DNA from: Myxococcota bacterium | GTDB taxonomy: Bacteria > Myxococcota_A > Polyangia > Polyangiales > Houyiibacteriaceae | DNA: 36,955 nucleotides | NCBI GenBank assembly: GCA_039201085.1 | Contig: JBCCRV010000003.1 | Span: 1-36,955 of the forward strand | Direction: 5' to 3' | Shown: positions 34,538 to 36,955 of the stretch, in pieces | Numbering within the stretch: the first letter of the stretch is position 1 | Layout: the number at the start of each line of letters is the position of its first letter | Translations under genes and position numbers: made by a program | The notes under the pieces: model-generated | Seen by the model: the letters and a program-made list of their open reading frames with translations, nothing else | Databases searched by the model: none | Told to the model about the DNA's origin: nothing

Positions 34538-35887
34538 ATGGCGCCTTTGGACGACTGGGGAGCGGCGTATAGCCCGGGGCCGGCTCATCTTCCCGCGTCT
34601 TGGACCGATACGGTGCTGGCCCTCTGTGGCCATCGGGCCGACGCCGGCGATCACCTGCAGCGCTGCCTAGGCGAAGACCCCGGCTTTCTTCCCGCCCTTT
34701 GCGTGAAGGGGCTGGCGGCGCTTTTTCGCGGGCAAAACGCGCGCCGCGTCGACGCGCTCGCGGCTGCGCAAGAAGCGCGCGCATCCGAGGCGGAACGGGG
34801 CAGCACGTTCCGTGAGCGCGCACTGATCGACGTGCTCGAGCACTGGGCGCACGATGAGACGACCCAAGCCGCTGAGGTGCTCCATCGGCTCGTTGAAGCC
34901 ACGCCCACCGATCTCTTGGCCCTAAAGCTCCAGCACGGGCTGCTCTTCATCGCGGGCCGACCGCACGCCATGCGGGCGTCGCTCGAGTCCGCCCTTCCCC
35001 GTTGGTCCGCGGCCCTCCCCGGCTACGGCTACTTTCTGGGGTGCCTTTCCTTTGCGCTCGGCGAGACCGGTGCCTTTGACGCGTCCGAAGCGATCGGCCG
35101 CCGCGCTGTGGAAGCAGAGCCGTCCGATGCCTGGGGCGTGCACGCCGTCGCCCATGTCATGGAGAGCACGGACCGCATCGCCGAAGGCGCCACGTGGCTT
35201 CAGACGCATCGTGATTCCTACGCAGCATGCAGCGTGTTTCGCGGCCACGTGTACTGGCACGAAGCGCTCTTTCTGTGCGAACTCGGTCGCTACGACCAGG
35301 CCCTTGCAGTCTACGACGCGGAGGTCGCGCGACCGTGGTGCGGCGACTACCGCGACATGAGCAACGCAAGCTCGCTCCTTTGGCGACTCGAAGCCGACGG
35401 CGTCGAAGTTGGCGAGCGGTGGGCAGCGCTCGCGGACATCGCGATGCAGCACTGCAGCGATCATGGTTCGGCGTTTGCGGACGCCCACTATTTGCTCGCC
35501 CTGGCGCGCGGAAGCGAAAGCGGCGCGCGTGCGCTGCTCGGCAGCCTGGTCGCCTACGTGGAGCGCGGCGGCTCAGGCGATCAATTTGCCGTCGTGCGCG
35601 ATCACGGCTTGCCCCTTTGCCGCGCCATCTACACCAGCGAGCGACGGCAGTGCAGTGCCGAGGAACTGGACCGGCTAGCGGCGAGCACGCTGCCCCTCGG
35701 CGGTTCGACGGCGCAACGCGATCTCTTCAGTCTCTACGCCATCGACGCGGCGCGCCGGTGCGGCGACGGCGAACGCGCCCGGAAGCTTCTTGAGGCGCGA
35801 TTGCGAGCGCGTCCGAAAAATCGCTGGGCGCTCGCGCGCCTTGAGCTGGAGCGCGACGGTACGAATCCCGAAGGCCGCAGCGCTTAG
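34538..35887 (+). CDS. TTC38-like tetratricopeptide repeat protein
   Basis: PTDLLALKLQH, SFALGETG, DAWGVHAVAHVME, HVYWHEALF, NASSLLWRLE, LGGSTAQRDLF. Confidence 0.9.
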   Translation: MAPLDDWGAAYSPGPAHLPASWTDTVLALCGHRADAGDHLQRCLGEDPGFLPALCVKGLAALFRGQNARRVDALAAAQEARASEAERGSTFRERALIDVLEHWAHDETTQAAEVLHRLVEATPTDLLALKLQHGLLFIAGRPHAMRASLESALPRWSAALPGYGYFLGCLSFALGETGAFDASEAIGRRAVEAEPSDAWGVHAVAHVMESTDRIAEGATWLQTHRDSYAACSVFRGHVYWHEALFLCELGRYDQALAVYDAEVARPWCGDYRDMSNASSLLWRLEADGVEVGERWAALADIAMQHCSDHGSAFADAHYLLALARGSESGARALLGSLVAYVERGGSGDQFAVVRDHGLPLCRAIYTSERRQCSAEELDRLAASTLPLGGSTAQRDLFSLYAIDAARRCGDGERARKLLEARLRARPKNRWALARLELERDGTNPEGRSA

Positions 35888-35939
35888 CGTTTGCTTTTGC
35901 GGGCGAGGAACGCACGCGTGACGGAGGGCGCACTCTGCC

Positions 35940-36500
35940 GGACGAAGGGCGCACGCCGCGGGACGAAGGACGCTCGACGGGCGGCGCAGGACGCGGGACG
36001 CTCGAAGCACGACGCAGGACGCTCGAAGCACGACGCAGGTAGCACGAAGCACGACGCAGGTAGCACGAAGCTCGCAGCAGAAAGCAGGGCGCTCGAAGCG
36101 CGGCGCAGGACGCTCGAAGCACGACGCAGGACGCTCGAAGCTCGCAGCAGGACGCTCGAAGCTCGCAGCAGAAAGCAGGGCGCTCGAATCACGGCGCAGG
36201 TAGCACGAAGCGGGACGCTCGAAGCACGGCGCAGGTAGTACGAAGCGGGACGCTCGAAGCTCGCAGGAGAAAGCAGGACGCTCGAAGCCCGAGGTAGGCA
36301 GAAGGGCGCTCGGAGCTCGGAGCTCGGAGCTGGGAGCTGGGGGCTGGGAGCTGGGAGCTGGGGGCTCGAAGCACGGTGCGCAAATCGCACGAAGCGGGAC
36401 GCTCAAAGCGCGGCGCAGGTAGCGGGGCGCTCCAAGCGCAGCGCACGGCGCTGAACGAAGCTCCGCGCGGGAAGCTCGATGCACGTAGGCGGGACGAGGG
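35940..36500. repeat. Degenerate heptamer (GCNNGNN) tandem array with higher-order 21/35-bp blocks
   Basis: Parses in a 7-bp register: gcgggac gctcgaa gcacgac gcaggac gctcgaa gcacgac gcaggta gcacgaa ... gctcgga x3, gctggga/gctgggg x5. Confidence 0.9.
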
Positions 36501-36526
36501 GCGCACAGTAGTACGCGCCGGCCCAC

Positions 36527-36554
36527 AAAAAAGGTGCCTCGAGAGGCATTCACC
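36527..36554 (-). terminator. Rho-independent terminator-like hairpin + T6
   Basis: Minus strand GGTGAATGCCTCTCGAGGCACC-TTTTTT. Confidence 0.55.
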
Positions 36555-36734
36555 ACGGGCCTCGGAGCCGCTCTCCGACGGTCCTGCCTTCGAGGTGGGG
36601 ACTCCTACTCGTCTACCTGCGACGTGCCTGAACCCGCCTTGAGGCCCGCTTAACCAGCTCTGGGGACGATCTACGGGGCACTCCAACGCCCGCACACCGC
36701 AATCCGACAGCCCCGTTCTCCGAAGGAGAACACC
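36533..36734 (-). ncRNA. Candidate ~200-nt structured ncRNA, 6S RNA-like
   Basis: On the minus strand the 5' GGTGTT can pair with the 3' GGCACC, and CGGGCGTTGGAG pairs with CTCCGAGGCCCG. GGGCCTC pairs with GAGTCCC, followed by CCCACCT, as I recall for 6S RNAs. It ends in a hairpin plus T6, with a possible TTGCTC-17-TATCAG promoter upstream. Confidence 0.4.
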
Positions 36735-36955
36735 GGAAACTGATATTGAAGGGCGCGAACTCGAGCAACCGCTTATACAAGCGTTCCGCGCCGGTCCTAC
36801 TAGGAAACTGGCATTGAAGGGCGCGGAACGCTTGTATAAGCGGTTGCTCGAGTTCGCGCCCTTCAATATCAGTTTCCGGTGTTCTCCTTCGGAGAACGGG
36901 GCTGTCGGATTGCGGTGTGCGGGCGTTGGAGTGCCCCGTAGATCGTCCCCAGAGC
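36657..36955. repeat. Perfect 136-bp inverted repeat with 27-nt loop, reaching the window end
   Basis: 36657-36792 is the exact reverse complement of 36820-36955. Confidence 0.95.

Noticed and set aside
35940-36500. Heptamer array as a CRISPR array
   Set aside because: No constant repeat with unique spacers; it is continuous period-7 sequence.
36695-36714. GGGGCTGTCGGATTGCGG on the minus strand resembling a tmRNA 5' end
   Set aside because: Lacks GATTCGAC, a tag reading frame and a tRNA-like TTCRANTCCC...CCA 3' end; the element is also too short.
36715-36819. Two 37-bp segments starting GTTC and ending ATTGAAG (36715-36751, 36783-36819), 31 bp apart, resembling a CRISPR repeat-spacer-repeat
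   Set aside because: Only 23/37 identical, only two copies, no cas genes, and the second copy spans the fold-back junction.
35675-36866. Several ORFs over the heptamer array (e.g. 35675-36556, 35884-36390, 35891-36238, 36189-36866)
   Set aside because: They are open in many frames only because the low-complexity repeat lacks stops; no RBS or domain signal.

Overview
GC-rich bacterial DNA. The gene content points to Myxococcota (Polyangiales/Sandaracinaceae-like); this is an inference from a giant kinase-TPR protein, Cys-rich lipoproteins and Uma2. From left to right the window holds: (i) three co-oriented minus-strand genes encoding a penicillin-acylase-family lipoprotein that runs off the left edge, a Cys-repeat/vWA lipoprotein, and a 1772-aa protein with an EAD-like N-terminus, an atypical Ser/Thr kinase, TPRs and an apparently inactivated zincin-like C-terminus; (ii) a MATE transporter preceded by a possible leader peptide and hairpins; (iii) a REC/degenerate-GGDEF regulator and a 2Fe-2S ferredoxin; (iv) a sigma54-controlled sulfane-sulfur module (activator, two YeeE/YedE genes, persulfide dioxygenase, SulP) with two visible divergent -24/-12 promoters; (v) a membrane protein and a DUF393 gene under a double palindromic operator, separated from a likely cognate TetR by a MITE-like element and a SWIM+SNF2 pair; (vi) a Rieske-ThDP fusion enzyme, M61 peptidase, quinone oxidoreductase, Uma2, short CbiX, an Imm58-like orphan, dodecin and a TTC38-like gene; (vii) a ~550-bp degenerate heptamer array, a candidate ~200-nt 6S-like ncRNA and a perfect 136-bp fold-back at the right end, probably an artefact. 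No CRISPR array, rRNA, tRNA or transposase is supported. All family assignments come from motif recognition by eye; no searches were run.
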